Below are positions 1-8,868 of a stretch of DNA of 64,000 bases, one piece after another. The notes under the pieces were generated by a model. That model ran no database searches and had not been told where the DNA came from. It saw nothing but the letters and a program-made list of their open reading frames with translations. The position numbers and the translations under genes are program-made. The first letter of the stretch is position 1, and each line of letters begins with the position of its first letter. The DNA lies in the NCBI GenBank assembly GCA_963717505.1, contig OY970342.1, positions 3,616,001 through 3,680,000 on the forward strand, read 5' to 3'. The stretch comes from Candidatus Eiseniibacteriota bacterium. Lineage in GTDB: Bacteria > Eisenbacteria > RBG-16-71-46.

Positions 1-257
1 CGGCCCGCCAGGTCCGCGGGAACCACCGGCGCGTTCTCGACCCAGATTACCGAGCCATCGGCGGAGACTCGCGCCGGTTGCAACAAGCCGCCGGCCGCGG
101 CGAGCACTGATGTCGAGTGGAGACTCGCGGCGAACAGCACCGACAGCAGGGCCACGGCAGCCCCGGTGCCGAGGCGCCCGGTTCGCCCGTTGGCGGGTCG
201 GGTCAATACACCCAGGGAACCGGGTTCGGCGAGGGAGTCCTCAGGAGTGGAGTTCAT
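1..257 (-). CDS. Partial (N-terminal) putative exported protein, runs off the window
   Basis: ATG at 257 overlaps the guaA stop (ATGA). Manual translation MNSTPEDSLAEPG...AAVALLSVLFAASLHSTSVLAAAGG shows a hydrophobic signal-like stretch, and the frame is open to position 1. Confidence 0.55.
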   Translation of the reverse strand, partial: MNSTPEDSLAEPGSLGVLTRPANGRTGRLGTGAAVALLSVLFAASLHSTSVLAAAGGLLQPARVSADGSVIWVENAPVVPADLAG

Positions 258-1858
258 TCCCATTCGATCGTCGCCGGAGGCTTGCTGGTACAGTCGAAAA
301 CGACGCGGTTCACGCCGCGGATTTCGTTCGCGATCCGCCCGGCGGCCCGGGCCAGCAGCGACGCCGGCAGGCGCGTCCAGTCGGCGGTCATCCCATCCTC
401 GCTGTTGACCGCCCGGAGCGCGATGACTTTCTCGTACGAGCGCTCATCACCCTTGACTCCGACCGTGTGCACCGGCAGCAACACCGCGAACGCCTGCCAG
501 GTTCGGTCGTACCACTTCGCCCGGCGCAGCTCTTCGATGAAGATCGCGTCGGCGCGGCGCAGGATTTCGAGGTCGCCGTCGTTCACCGGACCGAGGATGC
601 GCACCGCCAGCCCGGGACCGGGGAACGGATGCCGGCCGATCAGGTGCGCCGGCAGCTCCAGCTCGCGGCCGAGGGTTCGCACCTCGTCCTTGAACAACCA
701 GCGCAGCGGCTCGACCAGTTTCAAGTGCATGCGTTCTGGCAGGCCCCCGACGTTGTGGTGCGTCTTGATGACCTGGGCGCCCCACCCCGCCGAGGCGCTC
801 TCGATCACGTCCGGATACAACGTTCCCTGAGCCAGGAACTCGACCGGACCGATCCGCCGCGCCTCCTCTTCGAACACCGCGATGAACTCGTTGCCGATGA
901 TCTTTCGTTTCCGCTCCGGGTCCTCGACCCCGGCCAACCGGTCGAGAAAGCGCCGTCGCGCATCGACCACGATCACGTGCAGGCCTCGGCGAGCACCCAG
1001 CTCGTAGGCGACCTCCTCGGCCTCCCCCGCACGCAACAGACCATGGTCGACCAGCACGCAGGTCAGTCGCCGCCCGACCGCGCGATGACACAGTGTCGCG
1101 ACCACCGTGCTGTCGACGCCGCCCGACAGCCCGCAGAGAATGTGCCCGTCGGGACCCACCTGCCGGCGAATCGCGGTCACCGCCTCGCGCAGAAAACCCT
1201 TCATGGTCCAGCCGCCTTTGAGCCGCGCGACCCCGAACAGGAAGTTGTGGAGCACGCGGCGGCCGTGGGGCGAGTGGACGACCTCGGGGTGGAACTGGAT
1301 CAGGTGGAACGGGAGCTCCTCATGCCGCGCGCCGGCGAATGCGCAGTTCGACGTGTGCGCGACCCGCACCCAGCCGGCCGGCAACTGCTGCACTTCGTCG
1401 CCGTGGCTCATCCACGCCCGGAATCGCTTTGGCAGTCCGGCGAACAGCGGCGAGCGGCCGTCCTGAACGAAGGTCGCGTGCCCGTATTCGGCGCGCTCGG
1501 CCTTGGCGACCACGCCGCCCAGGAGTTGAGCCGTGGCCTGGAAGCCGTAGCAGATGCCGAGCAGCGGCTTGCCCATCGCGTAGATCGCGGGGTCGGGCAG
1601 CGGCGACTCGGCGCGATAGCCGCTCGCCGGCGAACCCGAAAGGATCAGGGCACGCGGACGACGCCGGGCGATGTCGGCGGCCGGCGTCGTTCCCGGCAGG
1701 ATCTCGGAGAAGACCCCCAGCTCACGCACGCGCCGCGCGATCAGCTGCGTGTATTGCGAGCCGAAGTCCAGGATCAGGACCAGCTCGCGCGCGGTGCGCG
1801 CGGGTGCGACGTCGGGCTTCATGGTCTCGGTTTCGGCCAGGGTCGCCTCGGGGCTCAC
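254..1858 (-). CDS. guaA: GMP synthase (glutamine-hydrolysing)
   Basis: ILDFGSQYTQLIARR, GICYG, QFHPEV, SGGVDS, QGTLYPDVIES, KTHHNVGG, C-terminal KPPATIEWE. True start may be the ATG near 1822. Confidence 0.98.
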   Translation of the reverse strand: MSPEATLAETETMKPDVAPARTARELVLILDFGSQYTQLIARRVRELGVFSEILPGTTPAADIARRRPRALILSGSPASGYRAESPLPDPAIYAMGKPLLGICYGFQATAQLLGGVVAKAERAEYGHATFVQDGRSPLFAGLPKRFRAWMSHGDEVQQLPAGWVRVAHTSNCAFAGARHEELPFHLIQFHPEVVHSPHGRRVLHNFLFGVARLKGGWTMKGFLREAVTAIRRQVGPDGHILCGLSGGVDSTVVATLCHRAVGRRLTCVLVDHGLLRAGEAEEVAYELGARRGLHVIVVDARRRFLDRLAGVEDPERKRKIIGNEFIAVFEEEARRIGPVEFLAQGTLYPDVIESASAGWGAQVIKTHHNVGGLPERMHLKLVEPLRWLFKDEVRTLGRELELPAHLIGRHPFPGPGLAVRILGPVNDGDLEILRRADAIFIEELRRAKWYDRTWQAFAVLLPVHTVGVKGDERSYEKVIALRAVNSEDGMTADWTRLPASLLARAAGRIANEIRGVNRVVFDCTSKPPATIEWE

Positions 1859-1928
1859 GAATCCCTCCAGAGTCCGGGTCGGGCGGCGTGCGAGCCGGCC
1901 CGTTCGACCGTTCCTCGCCGCAAGGTCG

Positions 1929-2330
1929 TCATTCGAGGATCACATGATACTCGGTCTCGGAGCGATCGAAGTGCCCGTTGGACAGTGAAACCACTTCGAC
2001 CCGCCCCTCGCCCGCATTCTTGAACGCGTGCAGCGTCCGCGGCTCGATGCGCACCAGGAATCCGCCGGGTCCTTCGCGCCGCTCGTGCCGGAGCTCCGAA
2101 TCCGGCGACGTCCGCCACGCGACCTCGACCGCATCGTCGTGGCGCAGGAACACGACCTCCCGCCGATCGCGGTGCAAGTGATTGCCGCGCACCTTGCCCG
2201 GCGCGATCGCGACCACGTGGATCTCGACGATGTTCCCGAGCCAGGCGAGGGTTTCCGAATCGAAGAAGAACGCCGAGCCGCGACCGTCGTTGCGGTCGTC
2301 GAGTGGCAGGATTGCGAAGGGCCCGGACAT
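1929..2330 (-). CDS. Small cupin protein (WxcM/FdtA-like sugar isomerase/epimerase fold)
   Basis: DGRG, RGNHLH...E and HAFKN cupin motifs. Confidence 0.75.
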   Translation of the reverse strand: MSGPFAILPLDDRNDGRGSAFFFDSETLAWLGNIVEIHVVAIAPGKVRGNHLHRDRREVVFLRHDDAVEVAWRTSPDSELRHERREGPGGFLVRIEPRTLHAFKNAGEGRVEVVSLSNGHFDRSETEYHVILE

Positions 2331-2349
2331 TCCGTGTCCTCGTGGGTGG

Positions 2350-3888
2350 TCAGTGCCGGAACGTGCGCCGGTCGGTGAACATCATGGTCATGCCGTGTTT
2401 GTCGCACGCCGCGATCACCTCGCCGTCGCGCATCGAGCCGCCGGGCTGGACCACCGCGGCGACCCCGGCCTGGGCCGCGTGCTCGATGTTGTCGGCGAAC
2501 GGGAAGAAGCCGTCGCTCGCGAGCGCGGAGCCTTGCAGGTCGTGTCCGCCGCGCCGCGCCTTCATCAGCGCGACGTCGACCGCGTCGACCCGGCTGGTCT
2601 GACCCGAACCGAGGCCGATCAACTGGGTGCCGCGCGCGATCGCGATCGCATTCGAGCGTGCGGCGGAGGCGACCTCCCACGCGAAACCCAGCGCGAGAAG
2701 CTCGGCTGCTGACGGTGCGCGGCGGGTGACGCATTTCCACGCGGGGGACGGGCCGTCGGGTTCTCGTTGCAAGAGCGCCCACGCGCCCAAGGTTCTCAGG
2801 CTCCAGCCCTCTGGGGTCGCAAGATCCTCAGCGGCAATGGATACCAGGCGCAGGTTCTTCTTGGACTTGAACAGGGCCTCGGCCGCCGGGTCGAACGCCG
2901 GCGCGCTCACGCACTCGACGAACTGCTGGCCGAGGACCTCGGCCGCCCGGCCCTCGATGGGTCGGTTGCAGGCGACCACCCCGCCGTAGGCCGACAGCGA
3001 GTCGGAAGCGAGCGCCGAGACGCACGCCGCCGTCAGGTCGGACGCGCAGGCCGCACCGCAGGGCTGTCCGTGCTTGACGATCACGCATGCCGGCTCGGCA
3101 AAGCGCAGCGCCAGCCCGACCGCGGCCTCGAGGTCGAGCAGGTTGTTGTACGAAAGCTCCTTCCCCTCCCGCCACGCGGCCAGTTTCGCCGCCTGGCCGG
3201 CGCGCGCGTAGAGGGCCGCTTCCTGATGCGGGTTCTCGCCGTAGCGCAGGCCGCGCGCCCGCTCGAGCGCCAGCAGGAACACCGGCGGCGGCGACTCGCC
3301 GCTGCGACGGGCCAGCTCGGCGGCAATCGCCGCGTCGTAGCGCGCCGTGCGCGCGAATGCGCGCACCGCCCATTCGCGGCGCTCGGCGGCGGTCACCCCA
3401 CGTTCCAGCGCTTCGAGTGCTGCTCCGTATTGCGCCGGATCATGCAGGACAATGACGTCGTCGTGGTTCTTGGCCGCGGCGCGCAGCAGGGCGACGCCGC
3501 CGATATCGATCTCCTCGATCGCCCCGGCATCATCGAGCGCGGCGGCGTGCTCCTCGAATGGATAGAGCGTCACCGCGACCAGATCGATCGGCTCGAGGCC
3601 GCGCTCGGCCAGAGCCACCATGTCATCGGGCTTCGAGCGACGCGCGAGGATCGGCGCGTGCACGTGCGGGTGCAGCGTCTTGACCCGGCCGCCGAGCAGC
3701 TCGGTGAACCCGGTCAGGCTCTCGACGGCGGCCACCTCGACTCCGGCTTCGGAGAGATGTCGTGCCGTGCCGCCCGACGCCACGATGCGCGTGCCGCGCG
3801 CCGCGAGTGTCTGGGCGAGGTCGGCGGAGCCACGCTTGTCGGAGAGCGAGAGCAGCGCCGTGCGCGGCCAGCCGGGCGGAGCGGTCAT
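2350..3888 (-). CDS. purH: Bifunctional AICAR transformylase/IMP cyclohydrolase
   Basis: ALLSLSDK, GGRVKTLHP, IDIGG, LRYGENPHQ, SYNNLLD, GQTSRVDA, ASDGFFPFAD, QPGGS, RTFRH. Confidence 0.97.
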   Translation of the reverse strand: MTAPPGWPRTALLSLSDKRGSADLAQTLAARGTRIVASGGTARHLSEAGVEVAAVESLTGFTELLGGRVKTLHPHVHAPILARRSKPDDMVALAERGLEPIDLVAVTLYPFEEHAAALDDAGAIEEIDIGGVALLRAAAKNHDDVIVLHDPAQYGAALEALERGVTAAERREWAVRAFARTARYDAAIAAELARRSGESPPPVFLLALERARGLRYGENPHQEAALYARAGQAAKLAAWREGKELSYNNLLDLEAAVGLALRFAEPACVIVKHGQPCGAACASDLTAACVSALASDSLSAYGGVVACNRPIEGRAAEVLGQQFVECVSAPAFDPAAEALFKSKKNLRLVSIAAEDLATPEGWSLRTLGAWALLQREPDGPSPAWKCVTRRAPSAAELLALGFAWEVASAARSNAIAIARGTQLIGLGSGQTSRVDAVDVALMKARRGGHDLQGSALASDGFFPFADNIEHAAQAGVAAVVQPGGSMRDGEVIAACDKHGMTMMFTDRRTFRH

Positions 3889-3928
3889 GATCTCCCCCGG
3901 TTCGCCCTTCGAAGCTGCCCGCGAACCG

Positions 3929-4882
3929 TCACAGGCCCTTCCCCATCAACCGGCGCATCGCCTCGAGATATCGCTCGCGGGTCTTGGCGACCACCTCCGC
4001 CGGCAGCGCCGGCGCCGGCGGCTCGTGGTTCCAGCCGCTCTGATCGAGCCAGTCGCGCACGAACTGCTTGTCGAACGACAGCAGGCGACCGGCCTCGTAC
4101 TCGGCACGATCCCAGTAGCGCGACGAATCCGGAGACAGGATCTCGTCGATCAAGGTCAGTGTCCCGTCGACCATGCCGAACTCGAACTTGGTGTCGGCGA
4201 GGACCAGGCCCACCCCCCACGCGCGCTGCCGCGCCTCCTCATAGATGGCGAGGCTGCGCTCGCGCAGCGCCGCTGCCGTATCGCGCCCGATGCGACTCGC
4301 GACCTCGTCGAAGGAGACGTTCTGATCGTGCCCTTCATCCTCCTTGGTCGCCGGGGTGAAGATCGCGGGCTCGAGCTTGGAGCCGTCGTGGAGCCCGGGC
4401 GGTAACGCGATGCCGCACACGGCGCCCGTCTGCCGGTATTCCTTCCAGCCCGAGCCGGTCAGGTAGCCACGCACCACGCACTCGATGTCGATGCGCTCGG
4501 CGCGGCGCACCAGATGGCTCCGGCCGCGCAGCAACTCGGCATGCTGGGCGAAGGGCTCCGGAAACTGCGCAGGGTCGTCGCTCACCAGGTGATGGGGTGC
4601 GGCGCTGCTCAACGTGCGCATCCAGTAGCCGGTGAGGGCGGTCAGGATACGGCCCTTGTCGGTGATCGGAGTCGGCAGCACGCTGTCGTAGGCCGAGAGC
4701 CGGTCGGTGGCGACCACCACCAGGTGACGAGCGCCGGCTTCGTACACGACGCGGACTTTGCCGCGACGCCACGGCGTGAGTCCCGGGATCGCGACGTCGT
4801 AGACGCCGGCGCCGTGCGCGGCGGTCTCGGATCCGGCGGGCGCGCACCGCCAGGTCGCGTGGGAAGTCCGCGAAGTGATCAT
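3929..4882 (-). CDS. purC: SAICAR synthetase
   Basis: GKVR, TDRLSAYD, ECVVRGYLTGSGW, FTPATK, DTKFEFG, DEILSPDSSRYW, SFDKQFVRDWL. Confidence 0.97.
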   Translation of the reverse strand: MITSRTSHATWRCAPAGSETAAHGAGVYDVAIPGLTPWRRGKVRVVYEAGARHLVVVATDRLSAYDSVLPTPITDKGRILTALTGYWMRTLSSAAPHHLVSDDPAQFPEPFAQHAELLRGRSHLVRRAERIDIECVVRGYLTGSGWKEYRQTGAVCGIALPPGLHDGSKLEPAIFTPATKEDEGHDQNVSFDEVASRIGRDTAAALRERSLAIYEEARQRAWGVGLVLADTKFEFGMVDGTLTLIDEILSPDSSRYWDRAEYEAGRLLSFDKQFVRDWLDQSGWNHEPPAPALPAEVVAKTRERYLEAMRRLMGKGL

Positions 4883-5673
4883 GCGAGGAAGTCCTCCATC
4901 GTTGGGGTGGCGCCCGCGACGCGAGGCGCGGGCAGAGTTCGATGTTCACGAATCCAGGCCGGCAACGCCGAGATGTGCGGAATGGCGGCGACCCCCGCCG
5001 GCGCGTAGTCCCCATAAGGATCGAGGAGCACGGGAGTCAAACCGGCGCGGCGCGCACCGACCACGTCGACCGAGACGATGTCGCCCACGTAGATGGTGCG
5101 CTCGGCGCCGATCCCCATGCGCTCGAGCGCCAGACGGAAGATCGCTGGGTCCGGCTTCTCGATCCCCACGACGTGCGAGTCGATGACGCACTCGATGCCG
5201 TCGAGCACGTCGCAATCGCGCAGATGCTGTTCCGCGCGACCGTCGGAGTTCGAAACCACGCCGACCCGCAAGCCCATCGCGCGCACCGCGTCGACCGTCG
5301 CGCGCGCGCCTTCGGCGGGCCGGCCCCACATTCGGGCCGAGGCGCTGCGCTCGGCGATCCGCTCGCCCGCCGTCGCCAGCAGATGCTCGGGCACTCCGGC
5401 GGTCACCAGCATGCCTGCGAAGTAGGTGCGGTTGTCACCGTGGGCGCCGAGCGGCGCCGGCAGCTCGCCCGCGGGCGGCACGGGACCGGGACTGCTCGCG
5501 TCGTAGCGGCGTCGGCCCTCGACTTCGCACCGCCTCAGTCGGTGCGCCGGAACCGCGACGCCGAGGGCGGCGAGCGTTTCCGACAGCCATTCGAAGTCCA
5601 GGCGCACCAGTGTTCCGCCGGCGTCGAACAGGACGGCGTCGAGCGGCGCAGCCGAATCGCGCCGACTACGCAC
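4879..5673 (-). CDS. HAD-superfamily hydrolase (subfamily IA)
   Basis: Motif I FDAGGTL, VVSNSD, GIEKPDPAIF, YVGD...D. Probable GTG start at 5673 overlaps the purN end. Confidence 0.9.
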   Translation of the reverse strand: MRSRRDSAAPLDAVLFDAGGTLVRLDFEWLSETLAALGVAVPAHRLRRCEVEGRRRYDASSPGPVPPAGELPAPLGAHGDNRTYFAGMLVTAGVPEHLLATAGERIAERSASARMWGRPAEGARATVDAVRAMGLRVGVVSNSDGRAEQHLRDCDVLDGIECVIDSHVVGIEKPDPAIFRLALERMGIGAERTIYVGDIVSVDVVGARRAGLTPVLLDPYGDYAPAGVAAIPHISALPAWIREHRTLPAPRVAGATPTMEDFLA

Positions 5674-6319
5674 GGCCCATGCTCGCAGCGCCGAACACGA
5701 CGCGACGGCCCTCGACGCGCCACGCCTCGTGCAGGAACCGATCGGCGCACGCCGGATAGAGCCGGTGCTCGGCCTCGTGAAGCCGCTGTTCGAGACTCGC
5801 ACGCGTGTCGTGGTCGTTCACCTCGACCGCCTCCTGCCCCAGAATCGGTCCGCCGTCGACTTCGTCGCGCACCAGGTGGACCGTGCACCCGGTGACCCGC
5901 ACGCCGTGCTGCCACGCGCGCTCGATGGCATCGAGCCCGGGGAACGCCGGCAGCAACGACGGATGAATGTTGAGGATCCGGTCGGCAAAGGCATCGAGCA
6001 ACGTGCCGTGGAGCCGGCGCATGAAACCGGCGAGCAGGACCAGGCGAACGTCGCGCGACCGCAAGTGGTCGACCCAGGGATTCTCGTTCTCGATGCGCGT
6101 CCGGTAGCGGCCGACCGGCAGGACGACCGACTCGATCCCCAGTCGCGCCGCACGCGCGAGCGCCCCGGCGCCGGGCTGGTCCGAGACCAAAGTGACGATA
6201 CGCGCGCGCAACCCGCCCTGACGGGCGGCATGAACCAGGGCTTCGAAGTTGGAGCCGGCGCCCGACGCGAGGACCGCAATGGCCGGAGCGGAATCGGGAA
6301 GCACGCCGCAATGTAACAA
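5666..6319 (-). CDS. purN: Phosphoribosylglycinamide formyltransferase
   Basis: VLASGAGSN, LAGFMRRL, NIHPSLLPAFPG, GCTVHLV, DGGPI. Confidence 0.96.
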   Translation of the reverse strand: MLHCGVLPDSAPAIAVLASGAGSNFEALVHAARQGGLRARIVTLVSDQPGAGALARAARLGIESVVLPVGRYRTRIENENPWVDHLRSRDVRLVLLAGFMRRLHGTLLDAFADRILNIHPSLLPAFPGLDAIERAWQHGVRVTGCTVHLVRDEVDGGPILGQEAVEVNDHDTRASLEQRLHEAEHRLYPACADRFLHEAWRVEGRRVVFGAASMGRA

Positions 6320-6346
6320 CCCGCGTGGAAGCGCGGCAAGCGTCGT

Positions 6347-8752
6347 TCAGCGTTGGGGCAGCGGACCGCGAACCGTCGTTTCCTTCGCCTCCCGGACTCG
6401 GTGCTCGCGGCCTCGCCAATCCACTCGTCGCACTCCCCGGCCGTCGAGCGCGAACCACAGGGCGCCCTCGCGATCGGTGCGCGCGACCCGCACGCCGGCC
6501 GCCGCCAGTCGCGCCAGCACGCCGGCGTCGGGGTGACCGTAGCGATTGCGCGCCCCGCACGAGATCGCCGCGAACCCGGGACGGGTTCGCGCCAGCAGCT
6601 CGGCGCTGGTCGACGATCGCGATCCGTGATGCGCCACCTTGATCAGATCGGCGCTTCCGACCTGGAGCAGCGTCTCCGCTGCCGCGTCCACGTCCGCGAG
6701 CAGCAGCACGGCCCCGCCGGAGGTACGCAGGGCCAGGACCAGCGAACGATGGTTGCGCCCCGGCCGTTCGGGCAGCGAATCCTGAGCCGGCGGCCACAAC
6801 ACGACGGCACCGCCGCAGGAGAACAACGTGTCGCCGCGCAACACCGACCGCCAGCGCACATCGCCACCGACCGCCCGCGCCGCCTCATCGGGAAACGGGG
6901 TCGCAGCCACTGCGGCCGGAACCTCGCGCAGCACCGAGGCGACGCCGCCGGCGTGGTCTCGATCCGCGTGCGTGAGCACCACCCCACTCAATCGACGCAC
7001 CGCCGCCCAGCGGAGAAACGGCAGCACGCGCGAAGCGCCGGCATCCCCGCGCGGGTATCCGGGCCCGGTGTCGACCAAGCACCAACCTCGCGCGGAGCCG
7101 ATCGCGATGGCGTCGCCCTGGCCGACGTCGAGCACCACCACCCACGTGGTTTCCGCCGGCGGTGCGAGCGGGCGCATTCCGGCCGCCGAGATGATCGTCG
7201 CCAACAGCATCGTGCCCCCGATCAACGCCGCGCCGAGAACCCAGAGCGGAGTCTCGATTCTGCGTGCCTCGAGGGTTCGCCCCTGGAGTGCGGCGGCCAG
7301 CATCAGCACCGCGCTGCAAGCAGAAACCCACCCCAATGCCGCTCCCGATCCGGTGGCAACGAAGGCATGCGGAATCGCCGCTCCCCAGTCGCTGGCGTAT
7401 CGCAGCGCACGCGCCAGCGCCTCGCACGCGGCGAACCAGACGCGTCCGGTTCCCGGGAGCGCCAGCTCCCAAAGCGCCGCCACCCACGCGGCCGCGAGCA
7501 GCATCGCGGAAAGCGGTACTGCGACCAGGTTCGTGACCGGCGCCACCCACGCGACACCATGGAGACGCGACAGCAGGAGTGGTGCCGCGGCAATTTGAGC
7601 GCCGAGAGTGCCCGACAGTCCGTGAACCAGTCCGCGCCCTTTCGGCAGGTGGCGAACCGCGTGAAAGCCGCCGATCAGCCCGGCGGTCGCCGCGCACGAC
7701 AACTGAAAGCCCAGGTCTCGCGACCAGCCCGGCGCCACGATCAACAGACCCAGCGCACTCACGGCCAGCGCCTGCACCCCGTCCAGCGCGCGGCCGCTGA
7801 ATCGAGCCAGCGTGGCGAGTGATTCCGTGACGGCAGCGCGGGCCAGGGACGGCAGGGCGCCTGCGATCCCCACATAAAGGAGGGCGCACAGGGCTCCCGC
7901 CGCGGCGCGCACGCGAAGTCCGCCGCCGAGTGCCGCGGCGCCGACCCGCACGGCGGCGGCGAGGCCGCTCACGTGGAGCCCGGAGAGCGCGATGACGTGA
8001 ACGATCCCGGCCGCCCGCAAGCTGGCGCTGAGCTCGCTCGACATCGCGGTGCGATCACCCGTGACCAACGGTGCGATCAGCTCGTGAGCTTCGGGCGTCA
8101 GCCCGGCCGACAGTGCGCGCTCGATCGATCGCCGCCCCTGCACCACCGTCGCCCTCGACCACGACCCAATTCTCGAAGACCCGTGCGGGGCGGCCGCGAG
8201 CCCCTGGCCCTGAGCGACGACCGCCGAGGCGTCGGCGATGCCACGCGGATCGACGCCGCCCGGGTTGCGCGCCGGCCCCGGCGTCTCGAGCCGCGCCACA
8301 ATCTCGACCGAGTCCCCCCACTCGGCTCGGGTGCCGGCCGGCAACCACAGGCGCAGTCGCGAGCCACGAGGTAAGGGCGGCGTTGCGTCCGCCACGATCA
8401 CGCTCGCGAGCGGAGATTCGGACTCGCGCGCCGGGTGGCCGTCGATCGTGCCGCGAATTCGGTAGAGAGATCCTGCATCCACCGAGCGACGCTGAACCTC
8501 GAGCACCGCGACGTGGGCGGCGTATCGGCCGGCGCCGGCGAGTGCGATGGCGACCATAAGCGCCAAGTCGGCGGCGCGACCCGAGCGCAGGCAACCGCCG
8601 ATCGCGAACGGCAACGCGATCGCGAGCCACACGGCTGCGGCGGCCGGCGCCACGCCACCCAGCAGCATGCCGAGCCACATCGCGACGGCCACCGGAACCG
8701 CGCAACGTCCACCCATGCTTCGGCGCGCCGGGAAGAAGCGTGCCGGCGCCAA
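6347..8752 (-). CDS. comEC: DNA-uptake competence protein ComEC/Rec2
   Basis: Multi-TM competence domain (GIVHVIALSGLH, GFQLS) plus metallo-beta-lactamase domain (DVGQGDA, THADRDHAGG, KVAHHGS, NRYGHP). Confidence 0.95.
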   Translation of the reverse strand: MAPARFFPARRSMGGRCAVPVAVAMWLGMLLGGVAPAAAAVWLAIALPFAIGGCLRSGRAADLALMVAIALAGAGRYAAHVAVLEVQRRSVDAGSLYRIRGTIDGHPARESESPLASVIVADATPPLPRGSRLRLWLPAGTRAEWGDSVEIVARLETPGPARNPGGVDPRGIADASAVVAQGQGLAAAPHGSSRIGSWSRATVVQGRRSIERALSAGLTPEAHELIAPLVTGDRTAMSSELSASLRAAGIVHVIALSGLHVSGLAAAVRVGAAALGGGLRVRAAAGALCALLYVGIAGALPSLARAAVTESLATLARFSGRALDGVQALAVSALGLLIVAPGWSRDLGFQLSCAATAGLIGGFHAVRHLPKGRGLVHGLSGTLGAQIAAAPLLLSRLHGVAWVAPVTNLVAVPLSAMLLAAAWVAALWELALPGTGRVWFAACEALARALRYASDWGAAIPHAFVATGSGAALGWVSACSAVLMLAAALQGRTLEARRIETPLWVLGAALIGGTMLLATIISAAGMRPLAPPAETTWVVVLDVGQGDAIAIGSARGWCLVDTGPGYPRGDAGASRVLPFLRWAAVRRLSGVVLTHADRDHAGGVASVLREVPAAVAATPFPDEAARAVGGDVRWRSVLRGDTLFSCGGAVVLWPPAQDSLPERPGRNHRSLVLALRTSGGAVLLLADVDAAAETLLQVGSADLIKVAHHGSRSSTSAELLARTRPGFAAISCGARNRYGHPDAGVLARLAAAGVRVARTDREGALWFALDGRGVRRVDWRGREHRVREAKETTVRGPLPQR

Positions 8753-8868
8753 CCACCAAGGTCACGCCATCGCAGTTGGATCGTGGATTCCGTGCGCAGC
8801 CGCGCAGCGGCCCAATCGCCTCGCGCGAGCGGCACCCTCCCGCGACCGCGCCAACGTGGTCGGACTGC

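Noticed and set aside
110-2023. Long plus-strand ORFs opposite guaA, and similar ones opposite purH, the TPR gene and the receptors (e.g. 2767-4359, 35247-36776, 53198-55759)
   Set aside because: They are antisense shadows of well-supported genes in high-GC DNA, with no recognisable motifs.
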